Numbered from the stretch's first letter, positions 1 to 9,837 are shown. The stretch: DNA of 38,984 nucleotides from a virus (IMGVR_UViG_3300016472_000307:1-38984); one strand, 5' to 3'. A program made the numbers and translations. Notes: a model not told the origin generated them from the sequence alone.

Positions 1-1
1 T

Positions 2-1876
2 TTTTAATTGGTCATTATTAATGATTTTTTGTACCGAAGCGAGCAAACTTATTTCTGAATTTAAATTTGTTATTTGTTCAGTTAACTGTGTTAGATTTGT
101 TGGTTGTGTTATAGTTTCATCGGTCTTTATATTTTTTACTTGATCATTAGTGGTTACTTTTTTTGTTTGTTCTAACAATTTTTGAAAATCAAAAAATGTA
201 GCACTCGTACGATCTACATTACTTTTTAACCCTATAAAACTATCTTTAACGCCTGTTGTGTCTATAGTATTTAAATTGTTTTCAGTTTTTATAATACTTT
301 CATTCAAAGGTTTTAAAATCGTATTGTCTATTGTTCCAAAAGTTTTATTAATTAAATCAATCAGTACTCCCCCACCCTGTGATAAAAGATTATCCTTAGA
401 TATTCTTTTTTTCATTTCTCCAATAAAATCGTAGCCTTGAATTTGGGTTCCTAAGTTTTTCATTTCATTTGCGTAGTCAATTGACGCTTTTGTAATTCTA
501 TTTCCCCAACTTTCCCAGTCTACGTTACCGTCTTTCATATCGCTATAAAGTTGATTGAGTAATTCTGGAATTTTAGAATACCCTTCATCTATTTTTTCAA
601 TTGCAGGCTTTAATCTACGACCACCCCTAACCGCCAACATGTTTCCGGTTTCAACACCGGCTCTAATTAATTGTTGTAGATCACCAATTGGTTTAGACCC
701 AGCAGAAATTCCGCCCAACAAATACACCATAGACTGTAGTGCCTGTGTACTTAATTCGTCTTCAGTTAATTGAGCTTGAGCAATTTCTTCAAGAGTCTCA
801 GGTCTACCTCTTAAATATTCAATATCTTTAGTGCTTAATTGTGAAACTAATTTCTCGTCTTTTCCTATTTTTATGGTATACTTTCCTGTGCCTTTATTGA
901 ATTCTGCCAAATTTGCAATCAACAACTTATCTTCTTCAGTGATACTCATAAAGTTAAATTCTGACGCAATTTTATTAAGTTTGCCCATTGCAATAGCGTT
1001 CTTTTGAAGGCCTTCAAAACTAATACCAGATATTAGTGATAAATCCCTCAAATCACGTTTTGCGTTTGATAATAATTTAACTTCACCTGTTTTTTGATCA
1101 AAATACGTAAATTGTGCAGTCATCTTTGTTATACTATCATATAATCCTTCAACATCTTCTTGTGCTAGATACATTAGTCTAAATGGGTCGGCCAAGTCTC
1201 CTATAGCAGCACCCATTCTCTGAAACCCAGCCACCATTTCTATTGCTCCTTCTGGGGAAAATACTCTATCTGCAAAGTTAAAAATTTCAAACATATCTGT
1301 GCGCAAAGACACCGCCTTGGCCGACATTCTTGTTAATCCCTCAACACCGTCTCTAAATCCAAATTGATTAAGTTTGGACAAATTTTGTTGTACTAATGAA
1401 AAAACCGCCGACGTGTTAACCCCAACAACTCTGGCAATATTTGCCACTTCTTGCATTCTGTCTCGTATTTTAGTTGTTTGAATTCCAGCATTTTCAAACT
1501 CTAACACAACCCGACCCATTTCTGATATTGTTACCCCTAAAGCCTTACTTGTGGTAAATAGGTCTGTTGCGGTTTCTGAAAGTAGTATTCTATTTGTTTT
1601 TAATTCACTAGACACATTTTTTTGTATCATAAATGTATCATCTAATGTTCCTCCTAATGCGGTTATTGCTGGTATAGAACTTATGAGTTCTTTTCTTAAA
1701 CCAATTACAGACTCTTGTGTTCTCCCAAATGTTGTGGCTAAGTCTTTATTTCTATTTATAATTTCAACCATCAACTCCCCTGAGGCTTGTTTAATATTAG
1801 TGGGAAGTTCATCAACCTTTCTTTTTAGTTCTTCTAAAATTTGAGTTAATGAATCAAAAATAGGGTTGTCCGCCAT
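2..1876 (-). CDS. Putative tape measure protein (partial, runs off the left edge)
   Basis: Absent from the ORF track. ATG at 1876 gives MADNPIFDSLTQILEELKRKVDELPTNIKQASG...QFGFRDGVEGLTRMSAKAVSLRTDMFEIFNFADRVFSPEGAIEMVAGFQRMG..., a long helical-looking frame. It lies downstream of sheath, tube and chaperone, the usual tape-measure position. Confidence 0.65.
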   Translation of the reverse strand, partial: MADNPIFDSLTQILEELKRKVDELPTNIKQASGELMVEIINRNKDLATTFGRTQESVIGLRKELISSIPAITALGGTLDDTFMIQKNVSSELKTNRILLSETATDLFTTSKALGVTISEMGRVVLEFENAGIQTTKIRDRMQEVANIARVVGVNTSAVFSLVQQNLSKLNQFGFRDGVEGLTRMSAKAVSLRTDMFEIFNFADRVFSPEGAIEMVAGFQRMGAAIGDLADPFRLMYLAQEDVEGLYDSITKMTAQFTYFDQKTGEVKLLSNAKRDLRDLSLISGISFEGLQKNAIAMGKLNKIASEFNFMSITEEDKLLIANLAEFNKGTGKYTIKIGKDEKLVSQLSTKDIEYLRGRPETLEEIAQAQLTEDELSTQALQSMVYLLGGISAGSKPIGDLQQLIRAGVETGNMLAVRGGRRLKPAIEKIDEGYSKIPELLNQLYSDMKDGNVDWESWGNRITKASIDYANEMKNLGTQIQGYDFIGEMKKRISKDNLLSQGGGVLIDLINKTFGTIDNTILKPLNESIIKTENNLNTIDTTGVKDSFIGLKSNVDRTSATFFDFQKLLEQTKKVTTNDQVKNIKTDETITQPTNLTQLTEQITNLNSEISLLASVQKIINNDQLK

Positions 1877-1895
1877 AAAATTATTTATAATAAAT

Positions 1896-2062
1896 CCACC
1901 GAAAAACCCATCGGTCTTTAGCCGATGGGATGGAGGGTGGTTATAGTAAATATCTGAATATTGTTTTTTTTCAAAAAAATATTTATTGTTATTACAGAAC
2001 AACAATTCATCCCACAACCTAAAGATTTGTGGGATTTCTTGTTGAGTTTATTTAAAATAAAT
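1896..2062. mobile_element. Non-autonomous miniature element with IS200/IS605-like subterminal hairpins
   Basis: Hairpin CCCATCGG-tctttag-CCGATGGG (1907-1929) and hairpin ATCCCACAA-cctaaagat-TTGTGGGAT (2009-2035). The loops contain reverse-complementary TCTTTAG/CTAAAGA. AATAAAT occurs on both sides (1889-1895 and 2056-2062). No ORF inside. Confidence 0.6.
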
Positions 2063-2071
2063 ATAAAACTT

Positions 2072-2221
2072 TCAAGTGTTTGATATTTTGTCCAATAATC
2101 TTTTCCTCCAAAAAATAGGCATTTTTAAAAAATCTGAATACGACACGTTACATCGTTGATTCAAAATAAAAAATTCGTCTATTTGAAATACTCTGTAATC
2201 AGAAGAAAACGCGAAAAAAGT
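2072..2221 (-). CDS. Frameshift-accessed C-terminal extension of the tail assembly chaperone (lambda gpT-like role)
   Basis: Open frame TFFAFSSDYRVFQIDEFFILNQRCNVSYSDFLKMPIFWRKRLLDKISNT* in the +1 frame relative to the 2199-2948 gene. It is bounded upstream by TAG (2222-2224), has no early ATG, and overlaps GAC TTT TTT CGC. Confidence 0.65.
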   Translation of the reverse strand, partial: TFFAFSSDYRVFQIDEFFILNQRCNVSYSDFLKMPIFWRKRLLDKISNT

Positions 2222-2948
2222 CTACCCCAAAGGCGACCTCTACGTCTACCTTATTTCCTGACGGGGCGGTAATTGTTCTTTTTAAATCAATTTTAGGTTC
2301 ATTTTCCTCTAAAAAATTTTTGATAAATTTAGAGTCCATTATAGGCATTGTTTCAATAAATTTAACTATTGTTTGATTTTGATTGTCACCATTAACAGAA
2401 ACAATTTGTTTTTGTAATCTCCATGTAACTTTTGGAGCAACTCTACCTAATGGATAGGTGTCCGCCTGCCTATTAATTTCTACTATTTCTTTGTAAATAA
2501 GTGGTCGAATAACCACTGAGGTTTGTGATTTAGGTAACGTAACTGTCCAAGTTCCATCTTCATCAGGTTCTGCATTAGGTTTTCTGAACTCAAGCTCATC
2601 TAAATTTATTACTACTGGAAATTGTTTTCCAGTAACAGGGTCGTTTACATTAATTTTATATTCATGACCAAATGATGTGTTTCTTAAAAAAATAAGAATT
2701 GTTTCTAAATCGCCGTTAACCATATCGTCTGGACGTAGATCTGGTTCATAGATCTTAGTTCTAAGAAGATTTATGATTAATTCATCTGAATTTGACCCCA
2801 TTAATAAATTTTCATCACTTGCGGTTAGATATCCGACTTTAACTGACTTTTTTTTATTTGGGTAGAACTTGCCGCCACTTGGTAATTTTACAACATCATG
2901 AGGTAATGAAAAATTTTCTTGTCCATATTTTATTAAATTTTCGTCCAT
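2199..2948 (-). CDS. Tail assembly chaperone / T4 gp26-like baseplate hub assembly protein
   Basis: 249 aa with two related halves (VKLPSGGKFY...VKVGYLTASDE; VTLPKSQTSVVIRPLIYKE), ending FGVDFFRVFF. It lies between the tube and tape-measure genes. Confidence 0.6.
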   Translation of the reverse strand: MDENLIKYGQENFSLPHDVVKLPSGGKFYPNKKKSVKVGYLTASDENLLMGSNSDELIINLLRTKIYEPDLRPDDMVNGDLETILIFLRNTSFGHEYKINVNDPVTGKQFPVVINLDELEFRKPNAEPDEDGTWTVTLPKSQTSVVIRPLIYKEIVEINRQADTYPLGRVAPKVTWRLQKQIVSVNGDNQNQTIVKFIETMPIMDSKFIKNFLEENEPKIDLKRTITAPSGNKVDVEVAFGVDFFRVFF

Positions 2949-2969
2949 AACTTAGAATATAATTTTGTT

Positions 2970-3347
2970 TTAATTTTTGTTTTCACAAAGTAATGAAGTT
3001 GTGTGTTTTCCAATAACAAACCTCATTTTATTAGTCAGTAGATCGTCACTACCATATGATGCGATTTTTTCATAATTCATAGATTTTGTTTCAAACAATA
3101 ATTCATTGACAACACTACCTATAGGATCTAGATATGATATTTTTACTGCTGTAATTTTGAAGAACTCATTTGGGTTAAAACAAAAATTGACTGTTTCATA
3201 AAATTCTGTTGTAAAAATAAGTTCGTCCCCCTCATTGAAAATTTTGAATTCTCTAAACAAATAACTAGGAATCTCGGTTCCTACGACTTCTATGATATAC
3301 CTGTTTGCCATTAATGGCACTATTGTATTTGGAATCTCTATCATCAT
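2970..3347 (-). CDS. Divergent tail tube protein paralog
   Basis: PLMANRYII...ISYLDPIGSVVNELLF parallels EPKRVNRFIL...LEMLDPTGVVVEKWIL in the adjacent tube protein. Confidence 0.5.
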   Translation of the reverse strand: MMIEIPNTIVPLMANRYIIEVVGTEIPSYLFREFKIFNEGDELIFTTEFYETVNFCFNPNEFFKITAVKISYLDPIGSVVNELLFETKSMNYEKIASYGSDDLLTNKMRFVIGKHTTSLLCENKN

Positions 3348-3422
3348 TATTTCTTTGTTTTCAATATAACAAAGAACAAAAAAAAATAAATATAAAAAAT
3401 ATTAGATTTTTTTTGTGTCTTA

Positions 3423-3911
3423 TTAATATACAAGAATACAACGATCAGGTTGTAAAGTGACTGTCAATGTTGCCAAACCATCTTGACTATATTGTGCTTG
3501 ATTCCAGGCCGACTTTGTAATCATACAAGAGTCTAATATCCATTTTTCAACTACAACACCTGTTGGGTCTAACATCTCTAGGTCAACATTCTTTTTGTAT
3601 CCTGCGGCATATCCCATACGACCTGTGACAGACTCCGCATGTAATCGTACCCACTCCATAAGGGCTTGTGTGGCTGAAGGGCCGACTGGGTCTCTAAAAG
3701 TAACATTCATTGAATTCCATTTAAATCTTCCCGCAACATAAGTTTCGGTATTAAGAAACGGAATTGCCACAGAGGTAATATCAATAGATGGTCTATCTAC
3801 TGACTCCACAAACCATTCATTTATTCCAAGAGTAGAGTCAAATCTTAATATAAATCTATTTACTCTTTTCGGTTCGTATGGAACCGGCATTTTCATTAGT
3901 AAATCTGCCAT
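3423..3911 (-). CDS. Tail tube protein (T4 gp19-like)
   Basis: 162 aa with EPKRVNRF, YVAGRFKW, TFRDP, MEW, GY..GYKK and LDPTGVVVEKW motifs; located downstream of the sheath gene. Confidence 0.88.
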   Translation of the reverse strand: MADLLMKMPVPYEPKRVNRFILRFDSTLGINEWFVESVDRPSIDITSVAIPFLNTETYVAGRFKWNSMNVTFRDPVGPSATQALMEWVRLHAESVTGRMGYAAGYKKNVDLEMLDPTGVVVEKWILDSCMITKSAWNQAQYSQDGLATLTVTLQPDRCILVY

Positions 3912-3972
3912 TTTATTTTTTTTTGATTATATTTATAGTTGTACTTTTTAGATACACTTAATAAATATATCA

Positions 3973-5616
3973 ATGTGTAAAATATTTAATAATTCAGCAA
4001 AATTTATTGAAAAATCTAAAGAATTATATTCTGACAAATACAATTATGAATTTGTTGATTATGTAAATTCCAAAACAAAAGTGAAATTAATTTGTAATTT
4101 ACACAATTACAGTTTTATGCAATTACCTAGTGAACATTTGCGTGGTAAAAATGGTTGTAAATTTTGTTCGGACAGGGCTACAAATACCCAAGAGTTTTTA
4201 ACCAAAGTAAAAAAAAGGTTTGGGGGTCTATATGACTACTCATTAACTAATTATGTTAATTCAGAAACCAAGGTAAAAATTATATGTCCTGTTCATGGGA
4301 TTTTTGAAAAACTTCCTTCGCAACATATGGTTGGTCAGGGTTGTCCTTCTTGTAGTAGGAGTAAACCTCGTTCCAACACTGAAACTTTTGTAGCTAAAGC
4401 GATCGAAAAACACGGAACTTATTATGACTATTCATTGGTGCATTTTATCAAATCTACAAAAAATGTAAAAATTGTGTGTCCAAAACATGGGATTTTTGAA
4501 CAAACCCCATCGAAACACTTGTGCGGTCAAGGTTGTAAAGAATGTTCGATTGACCGAAAGAAAGAAAAGTTTAGTTTAAATGAATCTGAATTTATCGAAA
4601 GATCTAAAAAAATTCATGCTGACAAATATGATTATTCTCTTGTGGAATATCATAACTCACACACAAAGATTAAAATAATTTGTCCAACACACAAGATATT
4701 CGATCAACTCCCCTACGATCATTTATCCAAGCATGGGTGTCCAAACTGTTCATCTAGTGTATCCAACATAGAAAAAGAAATCAATCAATTTTTACTTTCT
4801 TGTGGTGTTCAGACAATCACATCATCGCTATCCATAATTCCTCCATATCAAATCGATATTTTTATACCTTCACATAATCTCGCAATTGAGTTTAATGGTC
4901 TGTATTGGCATTCTGAAAATAAAGTTGGAAAGAATTATCATTTGAATAAAACCCAAATTTGTGAACAAAATAATATACGACTAATTCACATCTTCGAGGA
5001 CGAATGGTTATTCAAAAAAGAGATTATTAAATCCAAATTAAAAAATTTGTTAGGGCTTACCTTAGACAGAGTGTTTGCAAGAAAGTGTGTTATTAAAGAT
5101 GTAGATCCTCAAACATCATGTCATTTTTTGAACACACACCATTTACAAGGAAAAATAAATTCAAAAATTAATTTAGGTTTATACTACAACCAAGAATTAA
5201 TATCTTTGATGACTTTCACAAAGCCGCGACTAGGTATTGGTTCACACCATAGTGGGTATGAATTAAGTAGGTTTTGCAATAAAACAGATACAATAGTTGT
5301 AGGAGGCGCTGACAAATTAATTAATCACTTTATAAAAAAATATCACCCAAATCAAATAATCAGTTATGCCGATCGTCGTTGGAGTCGAGGGGATTTGTAT
5401 CGTAAACTAGGGTTTACACAGACCAATATTAATAAACCAAATTATTGGTATATCATTGGAAAAAAAAGAGTACATAGAATGAATTTTAGAAAAGAAAAAT
5501 TGAAAAAAGAAGGTTTTGATATTAAATTAACCGAAAAACAAATTATGGTATCTCGGAATATTGAAAGAATTTATGATTGTGGTACAATTGTTTTTTTGAA
5601 GAAATTCGAGTATTGA
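3973..5616 (+). CDS. Putative free-standing homing-type endonuclease (four Zn-binding repeats + Vsr/DUF559-like PD-(D/E)XK domain + C-terminal Hef-like region)
   Basis: Four repeats of consensus YDYS..Y.NS.TKVKIICP.HG.F.Q.P..H..G.GC..C, followed by IDIFIPSHNLAIEFNGLYWH...IRLIHIFEDEW. It is antisense to the surrounding tail genes. Confidence 0.75.
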   Translation: MCKIFNNSAKFIEKSKELYSDKYNYEFVDYVNSKTKVKLICNLHNYSFMQLPSEHLRGKNGCKFCSDRATNTQEFLTKVKKRFGGLYDYSLTNYVNSETKVKIICPVHGIFEKLPSQHMVGQGCPSCSRSKPRSNTETFVAKAIEKHGTYYDYSLVHFIKSTKNVKIVCPKHGIFEQTPSKHLCGQGCKECSIDRKKEKFSLNESEFIERSKKIHADKYDYSLVEYHNSHTKIKIICPTHKIFDQLPYDHLSKHGCPNCSSSVSNIEKEINQFLLSCGVQTITSSLSIIPPYQIDIFIPSHNLAIEFNGLYWHSENKVGKNYHLNKTQICEQNNIRLIHIFEDEWLFKKEIIKSKLKNLLGLTLDRVFARKCVIKDVDPQTSCHFLNTHHLQGKINSKINLGLYYNQELISLMTFTKPRLGIGSHHSGYELSRFCNKTDTIVVGGADKLINHFIKKYHPNQIISYADRRWSRGDLYRKLGFTQTNINKPNYWYIIGKKRVHRMNFRKEKLKKEGFDIKLTEKQIMVSRNIERIYDCGTIVFLKKFEY

Positions 5617-5659
5617 AAAATTTTTCTATTTACTTTATTTTTTTTTTGAATATTCTCTA

Positions 5660-6472
5660 TTAGAATCTAGTTTTTTCTCCGCTCGCGGTTGAATATGTTC
5701 TTAATATTGGTTCTTTAATAAATTCCTTCTTAATTTTTTCTAGATTTTTTTTATCATCATCTGAAAATCCAACTGTTGGTGTAAATGCTCCTTTGACGTT
5801 GTCCTTCAAATAAAGTTTTTTATTCAATCTTTTTGCATGTCTTTTTACATAATCAATAAATTCTTTTAGTGCTTTCACTTTAAGTTCTTCAGGGTTAGCA
5901 GCACTATTAGTTGCTCCATAAGAAACAGGATAATATTTATTTAAGTCCATGTAGTAATTTAGTAAGTCTCTTTTATTAATTTTATTTCCAAATATTTTTC
6001 TATATTTTTTTAGATTTTTAATTAATAAATCCTTATCAATTCCATTATGATTAGATATAATCATATTGTATATGGCCTGTTTTATTGTATTTGGGTTATG
6101 TCCTCTAGCCGTAATAATTGAAAAAATAGAACCATTATTGATCGCCTCCACAAAATCAGACCAAGCAGGCCCAGGACTTCCCTTCATACTATCAATTATA
6201 AATTGTTTGTCACCTTCTGTTCTAAAATTACGAAACGGATCTTGTGCATAATCTACAATGGTTGTTCTCTCATACGAGAAATTTTCTTTACCTATAATTC
6301 CACGATACTGAGCAAAATCTTCGGTGGACATTCCTACTTCAGACCCTTTATCATCTAGAACCATAATCTTGGTAGGCATATGCATTATGTTATCATCCCA
6401 ATCAAATGCATAATACTTTAAATCTGGAGTCCCAAAAACATCAAAACCTTCAAAAATCAAATTAACATTCAC
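5660..6472 (-). CDS. HAD-superfamily hydrolase (phosphatase-like)
   Basis: Motif I FDWDDNI, motif II SIITARG, a conserved Lys in EELKVKA, motif IV GFSDDD; GTG start. Confidence 0.7.
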   Translation of the reverse strand: MNVNLIFEGFDVFGTPDLKYYAFDWDDNIMHMPTKIMVLDDKGSEVGMSTEDFAQYRGIIGKENFSYERTTIVDYAQDPFRNFRTEGDKQFIIDSMKGSPGPAWSDFVEAINNGSIFSIITARGHNPNTIKQAIYNMIISNHNGIDKDLLIKNLKKYRKIFGNKINKRDLLNYYMDLNKYYPVSYGATNSAANPEELKVKALKEFIDYVKRHAKRLNKKLYLKDNVKGAFTPTVGFSDDDKKNLEKIKKEFIKEPILRTYSTASGEKTRF

Positions 6473-6480
6473 ATTTAAAC

Positions 6481-9400
6481 TTAAATATTATCAAATGATG
6501 CTCCGTTAGGAGTTATCAAAAACTCAATATCTATAAATTCAAGGGCCTTAGTTGGTTTAAGATAAATTTTACCAGAAAGTGTGTTTCGATCCAAATCTTC
6601 AGGAGAGTTGCTCACAGTGACTCTAAAATCATAAAGACCTCTATCTCTTCTAATTGCATCCAAAATAGGATTAACACTATCTAAGAAATCTTGACGTACT
6701 TTAGCGTCATTTTGTTCAAAGAGTAAACGAACCGCAACAGCGGAAATGAGTTTTCTAGCCTGGAGCAATAATCTACGAACATTAATTCTATTTAATGCCG
6801 TATCGGCAATCTGAAGTGTTTTATTACCCCAAATAACAGTACCAACATCAGAAAATGTTGCTATTGGATTAATACGTCCTTGATATAAAATATCTCTATC
6901 TTCTTGGGTTAGTTTTTTCCTCGCTTTAATTGCATTTACTAAACCACGAGTATAACCAGCTGTGGCAAACCATGGAAATGAAATATTATCAGTTAACGCA
7001 AGATTTCTACAAACCTCATTTGTTGGTGGGACATAGAGTTGTGTATTGTTAACAGAGTCTCTAACTAAAATCCACGGATAATAAGTTGCGGTGTAATTAG
7101 AGTCAATTCCAACTTCATTTAAGTTTTCAATCACATTTGATGGGTAAATAAAATTATCAATATTAGTTGGAGAAAAAAGATTACAATCTGGAGTTGTTGC
7201 AATATAAATAGAGTCAGCTCTTTGATATGTAATCATTGAAATTGTATCTTCAACTAAATTTGTATTATTTACATAATCAATACCTGGTGTGGCAAAAACA
7301 TTAATATTTGTAGATTCTGGATTATTAAAAGTACTAATACCTAATAGGTATGCGTAGTAGTCGGTATTAGCATAATCTGTAAAATTGGAAATTGTTATTG
7401 GCTTAAAGGCTCCCCAACCAGATGCAAATGGATATCTAGTCGACGGACAAGCCCCCATTTGATAGCTAGAACCTCCTAAAACAAATTGATCACCATTTGT
7501 TCTAAACTCTCTGTAAATATCCCAACCATCATAACCTTTTTGAACAAAAAAAGTAAACTTACGTGATTGAATTTGGTAATATGGATCAGATGGTGAGCCA
7601 GGATCAGACTGAAAGGAAGCATCCCCACATAAAAAAGCGGGAGTTCCGGCCGTTGGGCCAGACACAATTTGTACAACTGTTGCTCCTGAATCCATATGAA
7701 ATCCTTGAGTTTGATACTCATATGGTGACGCCAACTCACTTGTACAAATATCAACTGGTGGTTTGGCCCCCTTATATTGAAAAAAATCTACATCATACCC
7801 AATCTGAGACGAAATTCCTAAAAAAGTTGTACGTATTTTATCTCCTTGACTCATAACAGCATTTGACATACCACGAGAAGATTGTGGGCCTGACATAGTA
7901 CCAAATGGAGGGTTGTAAATGATCTCACCAGGAAAGTTATAACTTAATTTGTATATTGGAAAAGCCGGTTGATATTGTGGAACATTGCGAGCCTCATACC
8001 CCTCAAAACCACAAGGTAATGAATTTATAGGTGCATCAACATTTAACTCAAGCATAATATATTTGGAGTTAAGTGCATATTCGCCATCAGATGTTCCAAT
8101 TTTAACACCAATATAACTATTTGAATTAAAGTCCATAGAACAATTTGTAAATTTTTCTAAATAAACTGGATTCGTGTCAGTATCATAAAAATCTCGAACC
8201 CCTAAATCAAAAGAAAGATTATCAAATGATATATTTTGAATAGAAATTTTAACTTGAACATTTGAACTATTGCCATCTGAAATTGTAAAAACTTTAAACA
8301 ATCTATCCACATTACTACCTCTAAGTTGAGAAACAACCCAAGGGGATTCGCCAGATCTATACCTTTCCAAAAAATTTGCCATAGAAAATGTAGAAATTTT
8401 ATTTTGACTTGTTGTTTGAGGTAAAGAATTATAACGAAGTCCTGGTGCGGACAATATCTGTGGTTTTATACCCCTAATATACCCTTTATTGTATGAATAA
8501 TTTAAAAAATTAGGATAAATTTCCTCAACAAAAATAGGTATTTCAGTTTTATTTTTACCAAAATTAGTTTTACCTAAAACTGAAGGTAAATAATTTTGAT
8601 CAGTTTTAGAAAAAGATACAACTAAAGAAAATTGTTCAGACGAATCAGCACCATCAGTAATTCCTGTAATAGCAAAACGAGCAAACGGATTTTGTGTTGC
8701 AGCAGAATAAGTTCCATTCAAATTCAAACCAACAGATGTTAAACCAGTAACTTGATATTTAGGCCCAGATTGTCCTGATTTATAATCAGAAATACCACGA
8801 GACCTCAACGTTGCAATACAAATTTCATCATAATCAGCATACGATTTACCAGTAAAGTTAAAACTAAATCCACGAAGAACACCAGTATATGTACCATTAT
8901 TATTATTAAAAGATTGAACAACCGAATAAAACGAATATCCAGTATATGGTTGATTTGGAAGTTCAATAAAGTTTGCATAATACCACGCATCATTGTCTGG
9001 TGAAGAAAAGTCCGCAATAAAATCAGTCAAACCAGAAACACCAAAAACATTTGTCTGTCCGGTATAGGAAGTCAAGCTCTGATATGTAGAATCTGGTACT
9101 GTTCCAAAAAAATAAACAGTATCGCCCTGTGTTGCTCCAGAAGAATTAACAACACTTAATACTTGATTAGTAAGCTGATCAGATATTGATGATTGATTAC
9201 CGTTTAATAAGGTAAAAATATTATTAAAATTGTTTGAAACATAGTCACCTGTTGGGGTACTAAAATTAACCGCACCTGTATTAGTCGCAACAAAATTTAC
9301 AGACCAAGATTGAGTTTGAATATTATTATTAGTATCAACAGAAAAACCGACACTATTTCCGTCAACATTTGCAACAGTTAACAGAGACCAACTTGGCCCC

Positions 9401-9711
9401 GCGTCATAGCCAGAAAGGCCTAAGACTCGAGTAACAAATAACTGATTTGATTGTTGTAAATAAGATTTTGCAATATAAGCCAATTCGTATTTTGGAATTT
9501 GTGTGTTAACAAATTTTTCGGGAGAAGTACCCCCAAAAAAAGCCTCAAACTCATCGAATGATGTTATGAAAATCGGTTCAAAAGCGGGCCCGGAAAGTGT
9601 CTCACCGACTAATCCTAAAGTTGTAACACCAACACTCTGAGCCACAAAACTCAAATCTCTCTCAGAAGTATACACTCCAGGTGAAACAAATATTTTATTT
9701 GTAGTTGCCAT
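6481..9711 (-). CDS. Contractile tail sheath protein
   Basis: N-terminal FVSPGVYTSERDLS...GPAFEPIFI; C-terminal YTATYYPW, PWFATAGYTRG, LYQGRINPI, IWGNKTLQ, LNRINVRRLL, LLFEQND, PTKALEFIDIEF. Confidence 0.95.
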   Translation of the reverse strand: MATTNKIFVSPGVYTSERDLSFVAQSVGVTTLGLVGETLSGPAFEPIFITSFDEFEAFFGGTSPEKFVNTQIPKYELAYIAKSYLQQSNQLFVTRVLGLSGYDAGPSWSLLTVANVDGNSVGFSVDTNNNIQTQSWSVNFVATNTGAVNFSTPTGDYVSNNFNNIFTLLNGNQSSISDQLTNQVLSVVNSSGATQGDTVYFFGTVPDSTYQSLTSYTGQTNVFGVSGLTDFIADFSSPDNDAWYYANFIELPNQPYTGYSFYSVVQSFNNNNGTYTGVLRGFSFNFTGKSYADYDEICIATLRSRGISDYKSGQSGPKYQVTGLTSVGLNLNGTYSAATQNPFARFAITGITDGADSSEQFSLVVSFSKTDQNYLPSVLGKTNFGKNKTEIPIFVEEIYPNFLNYSYNKGYIRGIKPQILSAPGLRYNSLPQTTSQNKISTFSMANFLERYRSGESPWVVSQLRGSNVDRLFKVFTISDGNSSNVQVKISIQNISFDNLSFDLGVRDFYDTDTNPVYLEKFTNCSMDFNSNSYIGVKIGTSDGEYALNSKYIMLELNVDAPINSLPCGFEGYEARNVPQYQPAFPIYKLSYNFPGEIIYNPPFGTMSGPQSSRGMSNAVMSQGDKIRTTFLGISSQIGYDVDFFQYKGAKPPVDICTSELASPYEYQTQGFHMDSGATVVQIVSGPTAGTPAFLCGDASFQSDPGSPSDPYYQIQSRKFTFFVQKGYDGWDIYREFRTNGDQFVLGGSSYQMGACPSTRYPFASGWGAFKPITISNFTDYANTDYYAYLLGISTFNNPESTNINVFATPGIDYVNNTNLVEDTISMITYQRADSIYIATTPDCNLFSPTNIDNFIYPSNVIENLNEVGIDSNYTATYYPWILVRDSVNNTQLYVPPTNEVCRNLALTDNISFPWFATAGYTRGLVNAIKARKKLTQEDRDILYQGRINPIATFSDVGTVIWGNKTLQIADTALNRINVRRLLLQARKLISAVAVRLLFEQNDAKVRQDFLDSVNPILDAIRRDRGLYDFRVTVSNSPEDLDRNTLSGKIYLKPTKALEFIDIEFLITPNGASFDNI

Positions 9712-9750
9712 ATGATTTAATTATTTTTTATTTTTTATTTTTTTTATTTC

Positions 9751-9758
9751 TATAAATA
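9751..9758 (-). promoter_or_regulatory. Putative late-promoter motif TATTTATA upstream of the sheath gene
   Basis: TATTTAT(A) on the sense strand recurs shortly upstream of several structural genes (see findings). The AT-rich background limits certainty. Confidence 0.45.
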
Positions 9759-9837
9759 TTATGCTAACTAAGAAAGTATTTGTTTTTAAAAAAACTTATT
9801 TATTTTAAGTATAAAAAATTATCTTTTTTTATCTTTT

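Noticed and set aside
555-1844. Plus-strand ORFs 555-773 and 1551-1844
   Set aside because: They are antisense to the long minus-strand tape-measure-like frame.
2970-9711. Extracellular contractile injection system or tailocin with protease effectors
   Set aside because: DNA polymerase, helicase, neck-like and head-closure-like genes and a homing-type endonuclease indicate a replicating phage.
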